A model generated the notes under the pieces. The model had not been told where the DNA came from, made no database searches, and saw only the letters and a list, made by a program, of their open reading frames with translations. DNA of 64,000 bases from Gnetum montanum (Eukaryota; Plantae; Gnetophyta): the NCBI GenBank assembly GCA_015680685.1, contig MNCI01002379.1:318780-382779 (forward strand), written 5' to 3'. A program made the translations under genes and the position numbers. Positions within the stretch are counted from its first letter, which is position 1. Every line of letters begins with the position of its first letter. Of this stretch, positions 13,301 to 27,000 are shown piece by piece.

Positions 13301-13600
13301 GGATTCGAAGCAATTTTACCTCTTGAATTGTAGGTTCCATCACTAAGAGTGGTTCTATCAGACTTCCTCAATGATGAACAAAGTAAGGAGCTACGTACCA
13401 TGGACCTAGACTCAATGGAGAAGCAAAAAGTGCAAACCTTTGCTCACATTGAGCAATACCAAGAGAGGTAGAAACAACAGCACCACCATGACCTGAACAA
13501 ATGAAAGATAAAGAAGGGAGACCTAGTTTTCAAGGCTATTTATGAGTATGTAAACAAGTTCTCAACCAGCTATGAAGGGGCTTTCTTGATCCCTCCTACC
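10371..13600 (+). pseudogene. pol: pol of element A (RT, RNase H, archaeal-type RNase H, integrase), heavily degenerate
   Basis: LLSFMDGFS, TPWRTFCYTMIPFGLKNVGATYQR, HIDGTS...FPCTNNMA, integrase zinc-finger and core remnants; many stops and frameshifts. Confidence 0.9.
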
Positions 13601-13759
13601 TTAAATGACAATGGTAACCTATGTTTTACACATGCATTATGACTAGTTAATATCTTCCTTGTCATGTTCCACCATCAAGTCCATTGAATGTAACACATCT
13701 CATTCAATGGAAAAAACAAATCAAACCTAGCCTTGAAAATGAAATCCAATGAAGGTTTC

Positions 13760-15985
13760 TAAAACACCATAAAGTTTGGGACTCTCATGATTCAATAGTC
13801 TCGGAATGTGGGCAAGGCTCCCTGCAAGCATCATGTCATGTTGGACCATGAAGACAATGCCCTCCATAGCACAGTCAATGTGGCATCCAACAACAAGGCC
13901 AGTTTGCATGAAAGAGGCACTGGGGTTAAACCATACAGTCTGGCAAGTTTTCTACATCCAAGGCTAAGNGTTAAACCATACAGTCTGGCAAGTTTTCTAC
14001 ATCCAAGGCTAAGAGGCTTGCTAAACTCTCCAACCCACCCAACTTGGTACTTGACCTTTCTGACGGTCTACCCAGGGATCATGCTAGGAGTTGTTGAAAG
14101 TGCTTAGGATGAATGAAAGAGTTTGGCAAGTTTTCTAACTACGATACCTGCTATGCTACACTACGCTGCACAATGTAGTAGGCCTTGGGGAGACTGATTA
14201 CACTCAAAGGATGCATATTGAAAACAACTTAGACTTCTAGGACATCTGCCCCACTTCATTCTTGATGCATGAGCAATATGACACAACAAAAAGGTGGCAA
14301 ATTTTGTCAATGTATCCTCTTCATTTGTGTGCTATGTTGTGTTACACTACGTAGCAAGAGTACACTCTAACAATACTCTTACTCAAATGGCTTTGATGGA
14401 GTAAGCACATTTGCCCTTGCTTCAACCATCAAACAGGTTTGATCTGTTGACATGCCGACTGACATCTTGTGACCAAACGTTTACAAGATTGAGTCAGAAT
14501 CCAAGCCAAACTAGGTGCTACGCTACATAGCGTAGCACAGTGTAGCAAGGACAAGATGTACAAAGGCCCTCTGCCAAGTGGTTTTAGTAGGAGGATTGCA
14601 CTTGGTCACACTTAGGCCTCCAATATTGACTATCCCACTTTGCCCTTAGGTTCCAAGAAAAGGTTTTAGACAAAGCATTTCAAATCATACAAGGATGCAT
14701 GTCACATTGGCCGCTACATTGTGTTACGCTGCATAGTGTAGCATAGCATAGTTGGGACACAACCTAAAAAAACATCCAAAGGATGAACTCAACAAGTCTT
14801 AGGACCTTTCAGCATGAAAGACAGGGTTGTAGTTGCTTGCTTGGCTAGGCCTCATACAAGTATTTTTAGCTTTTAGGCAAGATTTCTTCCAAGACCGGTG
14901 ACTATCCTACATAGTGTAACACAGCATAGCATGCGAGTGTTAACATTACACCAATACATTGGGTAACGTAAACAACGTAACTTTCATGTGGGAGCCCCAA
15001 GAGACCATCAATTAGCTTCAAAACGTATTGATAGTGGTTACTTTCATCTTGGCATCTCTTCGACAGACAAAATCAACAAGTTTGCTTTGTTTTGCACACC
15101 CCCAACTATCTTCCAAAGTTGTCCCTACACTTGATCCTACTCGTAAGAGTAGGGAAGACGTAGTCCTAGAGCATAGGCTCCATTTTGTATTCATTGTTGG
15201 CATGTTTCCTTGTAACAAACATGGTAGTTCACTAGACTTTGGCACATGCAACATGAACAGTATGGTCACAGCGTAGCAATCTTCACACCCAGCATTACAC
15301 AGTAGCACGTCATAGTCACATTTGCACTTTGTGGGACCTAGGATACATGGCATCCAAACAACATTTTTCTCCTACTCCTAACTATATAAATACCCTAGTG
15401 AACAACGTCCAAGGGATTGGGAGGTCTTGGAGAATTCAATTAGCTTTTGCCATTATTGGATTTGGCAATTACTTCTCTGGCACTTGGCTCTTTGGTTAAC
15501 ATCTTGGCATTTTGGCTTTCTAGAGACTACCTTTGGCAAGGAGACTGGCAAGCATAAGGTTCCTGTTAGCAAGCTATTGACATCAATTCAAGGAGCTATG
15601 ACCATACTACTTCGTTGCAAGCTATGCCTATTCACACTACCTATTTGTTGTACATGTCAAGTCAAGCAAAGATCAAGTTCCCCGATCTTGGGGTGGTGCA
15701 CTTTCTTGCCTAAGTCTGCTTCATTTTATTCTATTATTTTCATGTTTTGCATCATCCTTAATCAATTTACATTTTCTGCCCATCTCTTAACGTGCGTATA
15801 ACATCTTTAAAACCAATGTTTACGGAAGGTTATTGTACACCGATTAAGTCCATGTCAGATTGACTAGACCGTTTAGGGCACCCCACTTCTATTTACCCTA
15901 GCAAGGCCCTCACATAGATTCAAGGTTAGGTTGTATGCCTGGTGACCTCTCGGTGGTCTAGCCACCAACATTTTCGATTGTTATA
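13760..15985 (+). repeat. 5' LTR of element C (about 2.2 kb; right end approximate)
   Basis: First ~700 bp align with 51237-51914; TATAAATA at 15385-15392; followed by PBS. Confidence 0.85.
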
Positions 15986-15990
15986 TTTTT

Positions 15991-16007
15991 TGGCACTACA
16001 AGGAGGG
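15991..16007 (+). promoter_or_regulatory. Primer-binding site of element C (tRNA-Asn type, degenerate)
   Basis: TGGCACTACAAGGAGGG resembles TGGCGCTAGAAGGAGGG, the complement of the plant tRNA-Asn 3' end. Confidence 0.75.
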
Positions 16008-16430
16008 CCCTTTTTCCCCTTTTGTGAATCATGAGTAATCTTGCACACTATCTGTACCCCGTCACCTACTAGCATAGATGTGACACCCTTGTGGTAATCT
16101 ACGCACCGTGTGGTGTAGACTAGTCACAACGATGATTCCTCTAGGACCCAGTAGGATGAAAGCCTCTAACCAATTACTTACCTTACCATGTTTACTTTGT
16201 TTATTGCCCCAAACTGCCTACACCTCATGCAATGTAGCAAACCTTCTAGTGTAACACTCCTGCTTAGCATAGTAGGCGTAACTCCCTAGTGCCACTTTTA
16301 TTTTCTCTCTTTTACAGTTTCCACCTTACGACAAAATATGATTTCTATAATCATTGTCACCACCACCTCAAACATGGAGGTTCACTACTTAGTCCAAAAA
16401 ATGATAGGTCCTAAGCGACTGTCGAGTCCA

Positions 16431-16709
16431 ATGCTGGCACCACATCAATCCCTTAGACTACAACACCTATTACCCAAGCACTTGGCCCAAGACATAGAGT
16501 GATATGATTTCCTCCACGCAAAGGTCCAGGAGCATCTACCCTTGAACCACTAGGAAATCGTGGACAAATGTAGCTTCGAGTTCCTCCACCAAAATGGAAG
16601 GGAGTTCATCCCTACTCCTGATGTCATCATCCCATTGACCGAAGCATATCAATGGATCCTAGACTAGTTGATACGAGTCAGTAGGTTCAGGGAATAGGAC
16701 ACAACATCT
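16431..16709 (+). pseudogene. gag: N-terminal part of element C gag, interrupted by element B
   Basis: Manual translation (..QSLRLQ..YDFLHAKVQEHLP..IIPL..) matches the B gag N-terminus (ORF 32704-32949 KSLRLQ..YDFICVKIQANLP..IIPL). Confidence 0.75.
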
Positions 16710-18298
16710 TGTACTAACCAAAATAATTAGCGTAAGGTTGGAAGGAAAAAAAACAAACACCGAAAGATCATCAGGAAAACACAACTGACCTTGCCTTCGC
16801 TTGAGGGCAAGCTGGAAAAGGAAACGAAGGTAGAGTGCCTTGGATGGTCTGCACACAAATCAACCAAGGACTTCCCTGAGCATAAACTATGGCTTGCGCT
16901 GGGGTTATCACAACTAATGATGTACGAAACATATACAAAAATGTATGAAATGAAAACAAAGTGTATACAGAACAATATTGTAAACAAAATGTAAACTGAA
17001 TGTAAAATAGAGTAAACAATATAATGGTTGGAAAAATGAACTATACTGTATTGCTTAGAAAGGATGTGAACCGGTCAAAGTGTAGTTGCATGTGTGGATG
17101 GCAAGTCAAGCACCTACGTCTGAGCATTCAAATTTGCTGGTTACTACTTCCTAGGTTGTCAACCTTCAAAATTTCCAACCCCATTTATGTGAATCAATAG
17201 GGTATTTATAGGGTTCAGCTGGGCTCAGGCATAGAACTCATGGATAGAATCAATAGCTGAGATATGAGAAGAAAATGGATCGAGTGACACGTGTTTGATG
17301 GACAGCTGTTTGTGAGTTGGACGTGTGTGGGAAAGCTACATTTTTGACCAGGTGCATTATATCTTATAGCAGTTATTAGCTTACTCAAGCTAGCTTACGC
17401 TCATGGAAGCACATACAATTTAGAGCGTAAGAGCTTGACAAGCCCATAAGTGATGAAAATTTGCAATGGAAATGATAATGCACAACAAGAGAATTTGACT
17501 CTGGCTTGCTTGAATCTTCTTAATCTCTGAATTGACTACTACAGGATGTCAATCTGAGTGGCTTTGTGGGTATTTGAGGCATCTTTGCTTGACCAGGACT
17601 TCTAGCGTGAGTTGATTTTATCTTGGTGTGTTCTCAGCATGCTCATGTTGCACTCACACTACACTCACGCTGCCAAAGTGACCATAGCATGAGTGAGCTA
17701 AACTGACACATTTTGCACCAAATTTTGAACTTTGAAGCCTATTTATGCTATTGTCTAAATGTGGTTGACCTTGAGAGATATGCAACTCAAAAATTAATCT
17801 TGATGTGTCTTTTTTTAGATCATTTTGGGTAGCTCATGTTGGACTCACGCTGCCAGCATGAGTGCTACATGACCACAGCGTGAGCTACAAAAACTTGCAA
17901 TTTTGGACTAAAAACTAGAATTTTGGAGGCCAGGACTTGAACTTGTCAGCAATGAACCCTGAGGATGACTTGCACCTTGGAATCAAATCATTTTAACTCA
18001 GTTTTTAGGCTCTCAAAGTTTCTCATACTGCACTCATCTTAACAACATGACCTCAGCGTGAGTAATAGCATGAGTGTAAAAATGTGAACAATTTGTCTTG
18101 GAATTTGAATTCCCAAATGCTAAAATTGGGAGGAACATTTTTGACTTGATTTTGAAGTTGTTGGAGTTGCTCACGCTGAGGGTAACATAGCTTGACAGCA
18201 TGAGTTCTATGTCTTAGTCAAATTTTACCTCTTGAATGCTCGAAAGGACTTGAGTCATTTTTGTTTCAAAGTGTTAGGCCAAAATTAGTGGTGTTTCA
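16710..18298 (-). repeat. 3' LTR of element B
   Basis: Aligns with 33338-34968; TATAAATA on minus at 17203-17210. Confidence 0.93.
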
Positions 18299-18311
18299 TT
18301 GGCCCCTCTTT
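18299..18311 (-). promoter_or_regulatory. Polypurine tract of element B
   Basis: AAAGAGGGGCCAA immediately before LTR start TGAAACACC on minus. Confidence 0.85.
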
Positions 18312-19466
18312 GTTGACGTCTAGAGGAATCCACTTGAGAGTGTCAACAAAGAAGTGCAAAACACCATGAACAACCAAGTACCAAACATTATCCATCAGCC
18401 CTTGACTGGACATCATTGCACCATGTTCAAAAGTATGTGGGATTGGGAAAGTGTAGTTCAAGATGTAGGGGGATTGGTTGTATCCGGGGAATCAGCAGTT
18501 AATCAAGGGTTATAATTGTTGTTGGAATTGTGGGAGAGGAATGCTCTCATGTGAATGAGCCATATTTTTGGTCTTTTTCAATGGCTAGTATTTAGCAGAC
18601 TCGGAACCAAGACATAGGAAGTACATTCTTAGGAGAAACGGGACTCTTGTAGAGTTTTTACGGGGACCCATTGTAAATAGCCAAAGCCACGCACTGATGT
18701 GCAAAATGATTGTTTAAGACACAAGTGTAACTATCTTTTCAAAAAAATTTCCTTCTTACTTGGGGCTTGTATGAGAAGAGCCAATGGTCTTTGGTCTATG
18801 ATGTTGACAAGGTCATGAAGAACTTTTCTGTGCATTTTGCTCTTTTTGTTTGTTTGTTTCTTATTTTCTTTTGTTTCTATTTTCTTTTCTATTTTTTTTG
18901 TCTTTTTGAAAGAGATTACTTTCAGTGCTGTGCTCGTGCTCATGCATTTGCATTTTGTATCATGTACTATGTACTATGTTTTGCATTGCAACTGCTTAAA
19001 GAATCATAGTGTTCAATAGTATATCAAGAGCTTTTGGGTGAGTAGAATGTATCAAGGGGGTGTAATTGAATAGGATGAGAGAAACATGATAGGGAATAGG
19101 GAATGTATGGGGAATGTACTTATGAGCATATTGATTAACCCAGTTGTGGGCATTAGGAAGAATATGATACTTTGTCATCATGATGAAGTGCATCTATGCA
19201 CAAACACCTTCAGTGCATCATCCTAAAAACACAACTCCAAGAAGACAAGAAAACCACAAATGAATCAGTTAACTAAGCACTTCAAACATGAAAAAAACCA
19301 AGGATATGGAGCCACCATGTGCAATTTCAAAGCAAACAGAATCATGAGCAGCATCAGCTTCATCAAGGTCCATGAGATGAATTATGCAGCAAGTTTTTGT
19401 GGAATAGATACAACCAATTGCAGCAATAGATCTTTTCAAGTATTGCATGGTCATTGATGATGTCAC

Positions 19467-19855
19467 CAGTTTATAGTCGTAGAAGACTGTTATGGATTAG
19501 TTTTATGTCATAACCCTTTAGACGGTGCTAGTTTAGCGTCGTAGCAAACTATGAAAAGGTAAACCAGTTTATAGTCTTAGTGGACTCTGCATACTAGCTT
19601 TACATCATGGCAAACAAATGTGGTAGTTTAGTGTCATACCATATAGAGCTCTGTGGTGTCGATTTATTGTCATAATGCCAAGACACTCTGTAGTGCTAGT
19701 TTCAAGTCATAGACCTAGGACTATTCTATGGTATTAGTTTTAGGTCGTGATGCTAGGACCATTCTGTGGTATCAATTTTAGGTCATGATGCCCAGACCAT
19801 TCTGTGGTATCAGTTTTAGGTCATGATTCTAGGACCAATACGTACCTTAGTTTGA
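19467..19855. repeat. Degenerate tandem repeat (about 30-40 bp, TAGTTTTAGGTCRT core) just downstream of the B integrase
   Basis: e.g. ttttaggtcatgatgcccagaccattctgtggtatcag repeated. Confidence 0.8.
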
Positions 19856-22800
19856 TCAGACATAGTACCATTTTAGGTACAGGTGATTTGTAGGATTAGC
19901 AAATTCATTTCTGTCCATGTCAGCAAGTTTGAATGCTCCATTATTGTACACCTTGATGACCAAGTAAGGCCCTTCCTAGTTAGCTAAGAATTTATCTGGA
20001 TGTTCATGGATGGCCTTAAGGACTAAGTCTCCTTCTTTTATTAGGTGTTTATGCAGATCATGTTTATGTCACTACCGTTGTTGTTTTTGGTACCACTCGA
20101 TCTAATTGAGCGGTCACACACATTCTCCTCCACTGAGTCAAGGTTAACAATGCACATCTCATTGCTTTGGCTTTCATCGAGAAGGCCTAAGAGAGCTATT
20201 CGCAATGAGGGAACCTGTAACTCCAATGGTAAAACAGCTTCAGATCTGTACACAAGACTATATGGAGTTTTACCTGTAGACGTTCAATGTGTCATTCTGT
20301 ATGCCCAAAATGCGTAGACTAATTATTCGTGCCATCGTTTCTTGCTTTGATTTAACATCTTTTTGAGTACTATTATGATAGTTTTGTTTATAGCCTCTAC
20401 TTGGCCATTGCTCTGTGGGTAGTAAGGTGACGAGAATGCACGTTTAATACCCAGGCTTTCATAGAAGCTTTTAGTATCTGCACTGTTGAACTGTAGCCCA
20501 TTGTCAGTAACGATGGTCATTAGAACACCAAAATGGATCACAATATTTTCTATTATGAAATTGCAGATGTGTTTAGAAGTGATCTTCCTAAGGGGAATAG
20601 CTTCTACCCATTTTGTGAAGTATTCAGTTTCAGTGATAATGAAGCTACATCCTACGGAGGATGATGGCGTTATTGGTCCAATTAAGTCTAATCCCCATCT
20701 TTGGAATGGTCATCTGATTTGTGTTGTGTGAAATTCATTTGGTAGCACATGTATTAGGTTACCATGCCTTTTGCAAATGTCACATGTCCTGACCTTAGAG
20801 AAGCAATAATACTCCATGTGTGGCCAGTAGTAGCCCAACCACCTAATCTTTTTTGCCATTAATCTGGGTGCTATGTGCCCTCCATAAAGTCCTTCATGGA
20901 CTTGTTCTACAATTGTTTAACCGTCGGTGCTACTAATGCACATCAACAGAATGCCTTCATAGGATTTGCGACACAAGGTGTCTCCTATTAATGCATATTT
21001 CCGAGACCATTTTCGCACAACGTATTTTTGAGTATTTTTCAAATTTTGTGGAGGTTTGCCTCGTAGAAGGTACTCTTTTATGTCATCGTACCATTCTATT
21101 GCGTGTGTTGTGCTAACGGATGCTATAGGCATTTCATTGAGAGTGTTTGTTATAGGATCGGCATAATTTGTTATAGAGCTAGGCAAAGCATGGAACATTT
21201 CAGGTGTCATGTTTAGGGCTAGTGTAGCAAGTGCATTTGCAATGGTTTTTTTGCTTCTAGGGACATGCTGTATATCCACATCTATTAACTGCTTCAGTAG
21301 ATGTTTGGTCAAGTCACAATATGATTGAAAATGGAGAGCTTTGCATGCGTAAATTTTTGTAACTTGATTAATGACTAACTATGAATCGCCTTGAATTACA
21401 AGACATGCGATCCTTGAAGTCAATGCTACTTGGAGACCTCTAAGAAGACCTTCATATTCCACCACGTTATTGGTATAGGGAAAGTTTAATCGATAGGAAA
21501 AAGGTTGGATTTCTCCGAAGGGGTATGTTAAAATGGCTGCAGCACTTCCTCCTCGGGAAGTTGAAGCTCCATCAAAATAAAGGATTTCCTCATAGTTATC
21601 AAGCACGGTGTCTATACTATTAACATTCTCATTGGGGAATTCAGGATTAATCATTGCTTGATCGTGTGTTGGTGAGACGGTTAATTGTGTAACTATTTCT
21701 TAACCTTTTGTGGAAGATTGATCAACATTGTGCAAGTTAAACTCTATGATCATTGCTTTCCACCTAGCTATCCTAATCGACTCATAGATGTTGTTAGTGA
21801 TGGCGTGAAGTACATTATTCTTGCAGATGATGTAAATTTGATTGTGGAAGAGATAATGCCACCATTTCTTCAAGGAGAAGAAGAGGGAAAGGCATGATTT
21901 CTCTACATCATTTTATCGTTGTTCATAGGCAATTAAAGTGTGACTTAGGTAATATATAGGGATCTCGACTCCATCTTCACGTTTTTAACAAAGCATAGAT
22001 GCAATGGAAGAATCAGAAGTTGTAAGGTAGATGTAGAAAGGTTTATCACTATGTGGGGGATAAACAGTCAACAATTGAGCCAACTCTTGCTTTATGTGCT
22101 CGAACACTTTTTGGCATTGTTGAGTCCATTGGAAATGCACATTCTTTCATAGTAAGTGTTGCATGGGTCTCAACTTATCCGTCAGTCTTTCGATAAAGCA
22201 TCTAATGAACTGCAATCTACCTTGGAGACCACATAGTTCAGTAAGGTTTTTTGGTGGTTGCATATTAGTTATTACCTTAACTTTATCAGGGTCCACTCGT
22301 ATCCCTGTTCCAGAGACTACGAAGCCAAGAATTTTTCCCCTTTTAACACCAAAGACACACTTGTTTAGGTTGAGCCTGAGGTCATATTTAATACAATGTT
22401 TAAGCACTAGGTCTAGATCTTTTGCATGTTGTTCGGTTNTTGAGGTCATATTTAAGACAATGTTTAAGCACTAGGTCTAGATCTTTTGCATGTTGTTCGG
22501 TTGTTTTAGATTTAACCACGATATCGTCAATGTAATCATTGCACAAATTGAGCATGTAATCACTAAATATATATGTCATTGCTCGTTGATATGTAGCTCT
22601 TGCATTTTTAAGGCCAAATGACATCATCGTATAGTAGACTATGCCCCAAGTTTTCATAAAAGTTGTTCTAAGTTGATGTTCTAGATTGATTCTTATTTGG
22701 TTGTATCCTGAAAATCCATCCATAAAGGATAATAGCGCATGTCCAATAGTTGTATCAATAAGTTGATCGATGCTAGGTAGTGGGAAGTCATCCTTTATAG

Positions 22801-23395
22801 TGGTTGTGTTGAGATCACGAAAGTCAATGCATATGCATATACTACCGTTCTTCTAAGGAACTACTACAATATTTGATACCTAGTCAAAATAGTCAATGAC
22901 TCAGATGAAACCTGCTTGGTAGAGCTTTATGATTTCAGTGCAGACTACCAACGCCACCTCAGGTCTAACCTTTCATGCTTTTTGCTTCACCGGTTTAATT
23001 TTTTCATCAAAAATGATGTTGTGTTGGATGATTTGGGGGTCTAATCCTAGCATGTCTGTATATGACCATGCAAATGTTTTTATATTGTCTTTCAGTACTT
23101 GAGTGATGTTGTTGACAAGTTGTGAGTCTAGTAGGGCACTTAATTTCAATGTTCTGGATTCACCATTAGATGTGTCAATGGGGACTTCAACAAGGGGACC
23201 TTCAGTGATATTATCAGCCTCTAGATCTAACGTCTTAGTCACATTTATAGGCCATTCCAATGTTTCTTGAGTGGAAGCTATTAAATTAGTATAAGTGGAT
23301 GGGTCTAGATCCAAGGATTCTAGATTGATCACTCTTTTTACCTCCTTGTATGGTCCACTGAGAGATAACGTTGAAAGGATATTTTTGGTGGTCAT
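19856..23395 (-). pseudogene. pol: pol of element B (RT-RH-aRH-INT)
   Basis: MDGFSGYNQI, YIDDIVVKS, LYFDGAS...TNNVVEYEGL...GDS (aRH), TDNGLQF...YYPQSNGQVEA (INT). Confidence 0.95.
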
Positions 23396-24039
23396 ATGCT
23401 TACTCCTGCCAATTTAATCCAGGAGCGAAGTAAGTGACACTTGCTTGATGAAGGAGTTGTTAAATGTAAATGGGCATTAGGTAATTAATTTATGTACTAA
23501 CGAAATTGCAGAATGTAGTAGTTGTCATGACCATTTTAGGTCGTACCAAGCCATTAATATTCATGTTAACTTGTCATCTTGAATGAGTGTATGCAGCATT
23601 TTTTATTTTAAAATTTTTGTACGAAAAATTAGTTTATGAGGCTTTAAAATTTTATGGATTTTTAAATTTTTATATATGTATGTATATTTTTTTCGTGTTG
23701 ATTTTAACTTTTCATCCCTTCCTTTACATAATAATAACTTTTTTTGGCCTCATCTTGAGAGGCTGGAATAGTGAGAAATACTAGGCCAACATAAAATAAA
23801 GATAACATAAATGAAAATAAAATTTAAACATGGTAAAATTAAAATAAGAGAAAATAAAATAGACTAAATTAAATTGGGAATGAATATTTAGGGTTTAAAA
23901 GGGGATTTTGAAGTGAAGAAAGGGGGCTTTTTGCTAGCGTGAGTTCCTGGAAGCTTGGACTGCAATGTGAGCTAGAGAGTGTAGTGTGAGCTACAACGTC
24001 AATGTTAGTGTGAGTTGTAGTGTGAGCTAAAGGGCAACC

Positions 24040-27000
24040 ATGAAGGGCAAAGAAAAGGAAAGATGAGGAAAAGGGAAGAGGCAACCAAATCTGGTGTTCA
24101 TGGAGGAGAGTGAGGAGCTACTCCAACGTCTCCCCCAAGCTCGGAGTCCAGCATGGGATGGAGCTATGCATAGGTAGATTTGTTTCCTCTTGTTTTTCTT
24201 ATTCCTAGCATTTGTAAACAACATTAGCTAGGGTAGAATTTCTAGGATTTGAGGCTTGTTGTTCTTAATTTTCATGGCATCAGTGTGAGTGCCTAGGGCA
24301 TTGTAGGATGAGTTGGATTTCTTTGCATTTTTATGCACTGGGGTGAACACATCATGAGTGATAGGGATATCTTGGCAGTGTGAGTTTTTAAAGCTCCTTG
24401 TGAAACGTGAGCTGTAGGGCTTCTTGGCAGCATGAGTTTTAGGGCTCTTAGGTAGCGTGACTACCAGGGTTTTTGGGTAGTGTGACTGCTATGGGGAGGC
24501 TTAGCATGAGTGCAAGCAGGGAGGGCCTATTTTTTTTTTGGCAGCGTGAGCTACGTTATAGGTGGAAGGTTTCCAGCATGACCACCAGGGTCTTGGGTAG
24601 TGTGAGCTGCAGCTTCCCTAGGCAATGTGAGTTGCAAGGTTCTCTAGGTAGAGTGAGCTACAGGGTTCTCAACATGAGCTGGAATGTAGGGAAACCAGTG
24701 TGAGTACTGTGGGAGACAGGTAGTGTGAGTTTGCTAGAACAGGCCCTAGTGTGAGTTGCTAGGAATAGGCCCCAGCGTGAGTATCTAGGCCCCACCTTTG
24801 ATAAGACATGAAAATGTAAATTGTTTGCTAAAATGTATATTATTTTCTAGTTTTTATTTCTACATAGTTTACTGTTATCTTGGGATAGAAAATTTTAATG
24901 TGTTTCTATGCTTTTCTGAGTTTATGTTGAATCTACAAGTGTTCATGTTTTCACACTTGTGTGTTTATTTTACATTGCCTGCAATAAACTAGATTTCCAT
25001 GTACCCCGACGAGCGTTAAGTACACTAAATAAATATTGGTGTCCTTGTCTCATGGGGTGGATCTGTGTAATTAAATGTTATTTATGTGTTTAGTTTATGT
25101 GATTTCATACTAATGTTAGCACTTAGACTCTTTACTTACCTAATGTCTTGGCTGTATGTAGGGGACCTAAATCTTCTCTCCTTGTGGTTGAGCTCATTGG
25201 TGTACTTGCTTGGTTTGGTCCCTTTGGCTCAAACATACCTCCCTATGACATGTGCATCGGGCCCCATGTGATATGGTTCCGTCCTGGTGTTGGTTCATTT
25301 TTTTCATTCATCCTGCAAAATTTCAGTGTGGTTATATGGTCACACTTAAGTGAATAGTTAGCTTGTGATATCATTGAAACTATGTTACCCGAGTCTACAC
25401 AAGAAATGCTTGCCTTTATTAGTGATATAGATGAGGGTCTATTTCTAGTTGAGGGAGGCCCCCCCAAGGGTCCTAGATCTACTCGTCCCTTGACTCATGT
25501 ATAGGAGCTGCCTACTTGTGTTTATTACAATAGCAGCAACACACTTTTCTTAGCCTTTCGTGTGCACACTCTATTCCAGAACCTACCTGGGATAGTATAT
25601 AGAGTGGAAAGGTATGCTCTCTTGTGCCTTGCTTAAATTTTGAATTTTTTTAAATTTTATATCATTGTCTATACATTGATATTCTTTTTCTATGTAGGCC
25701 TCGTTTTTATGAGAATGGGATGCACAATGATGATGGTGGGCTTGCCTTAGCACGCACAATGTTAGAGACATTCATGGTGGGCCCCATTCTTCATGTCACG
25801 ATACTGGACCAGACAAAAGTGGCTATTTTTGACTACCATCGACGGTATTCAAGAGCCTTTGAGCATTGCCAAGTTCATGGTTGGTTACATGAGGATTGGT
25901 CTTCTAATGGGCCAATTTTCTTTAAAAGAATTGATCCTGCACCTACCCTGCCTACACCATTTACAAATGGTAAATGACCACTCTAGACTCCATTTTCTTT
26001 TTTATTGCATTGTTGTGTACTATGTTTTTTAACCTTTTGCTCTATGTTTCTTTTTTTTTATAGTAGCTACCCTTTCCAATGAAGTTACCATTATAACAGG
26101 GTGTACTGAGGCCACCCTTTTTATGAAATATAGGGAGGTAGAGAAATCACAACAATGGTTGTAAAAGAAAGCTTTTGATTTGATCATCAGTCACCTTACC
26201 TAGGCAGGTTTGATGGACTTGTTCACAGCTTTGACTCCTAGTGTTCCAGCGACTGAGATGATCATCATTGTTGATTCTTGAGATGATGATGCTTCCCATT
26301 TTACCACATGGGTTCGAGGAGTCAAGGTATCTTTCCACCTAACCACTGAGTTCCTTTCTGATATTTTTGGCATTCCCATGGATGGTGCTAGAGTGACCAT
26401 AGATAAAGCAACTAAAGAAGGCTAGGTCATAAGAGAGCTTGAGGAGTGGTTAGGCTTGTCTCGGGGTCCTAAGGGCTTTGCCATGCGAGATGATACCTTA
26501 TCAATGGCGATAAACTTCCTGTATCCTCTCTTCTGGGCGTGGCCATTCCCCAAATCTCTTTCTCAAGGAAGAAACCTTGGGGTTGAGTCTACTCATGTCA
26601 TACGTGTAGTGCTAGAGATGAGAATGCATTATAACTAGGCATAGTTTCTTGGGTTTGGCCTTTGTGGGGAGATTTCCAAATTATGTTCAAACATCAACAC
26701 CAAATCCCATTTCACATTTGCTTTCTTCATAGGGTACCTACGTAGATTTGCTGAGTTTTTAGTAGTTTATGATGCCAACCGTTATATTTTGAGGGATCGT
26801 TCACAGTAGTCCCACCCTTGGATTCATCATTTGTTTAGCACCACTAGATCTTGGGACCCACTCAAAGGCATCAACGAATCGGTATCTATCACTACTAGGG
26901 GTGCAGCTAGTCATTCCCATCATTCCCATGATAGCTTGGGATTGGAATCACCTATACTACACACATCGATTAAAGGGGCTGAATGACTGATTCATGAAAT

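Larger units (their letters stand above)
1..13759 (+). mobile_element. Element A: partial degenerate Tat/Ogre-like Ty3/Gypsy retrotransposon (antisense accessory gene, spacer, pol); 5' part outside window, 3' UTR interrupted by element C
   Basis: RT/RH/aRH/INT remnants at 10371-13600 on +, with an antisense gene at 1-5011 homologous to those of B, C and E. Confidence 0.85.

Noticed and set aside
13925-14013. Perfect ~44-bp tandem duplication in the C 5' LTR
   Set aside because: Centred on a single n (13969) and absent from the 3' LTR, so most likely an overlapping-contig scaffolding artefact
16659-17019. Similar short hydrophobic ORFs recurring at 33396-33708 and 48785-49063
   Set aside because: Recurrence is explained by LTR copies; frames are not preserved and no domain is recognisable
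22377-22502. ~60-bp duplication in the B RT
   Set aside because: Flanks a single n (22439); likely an assembly join, although the copies differ at one base
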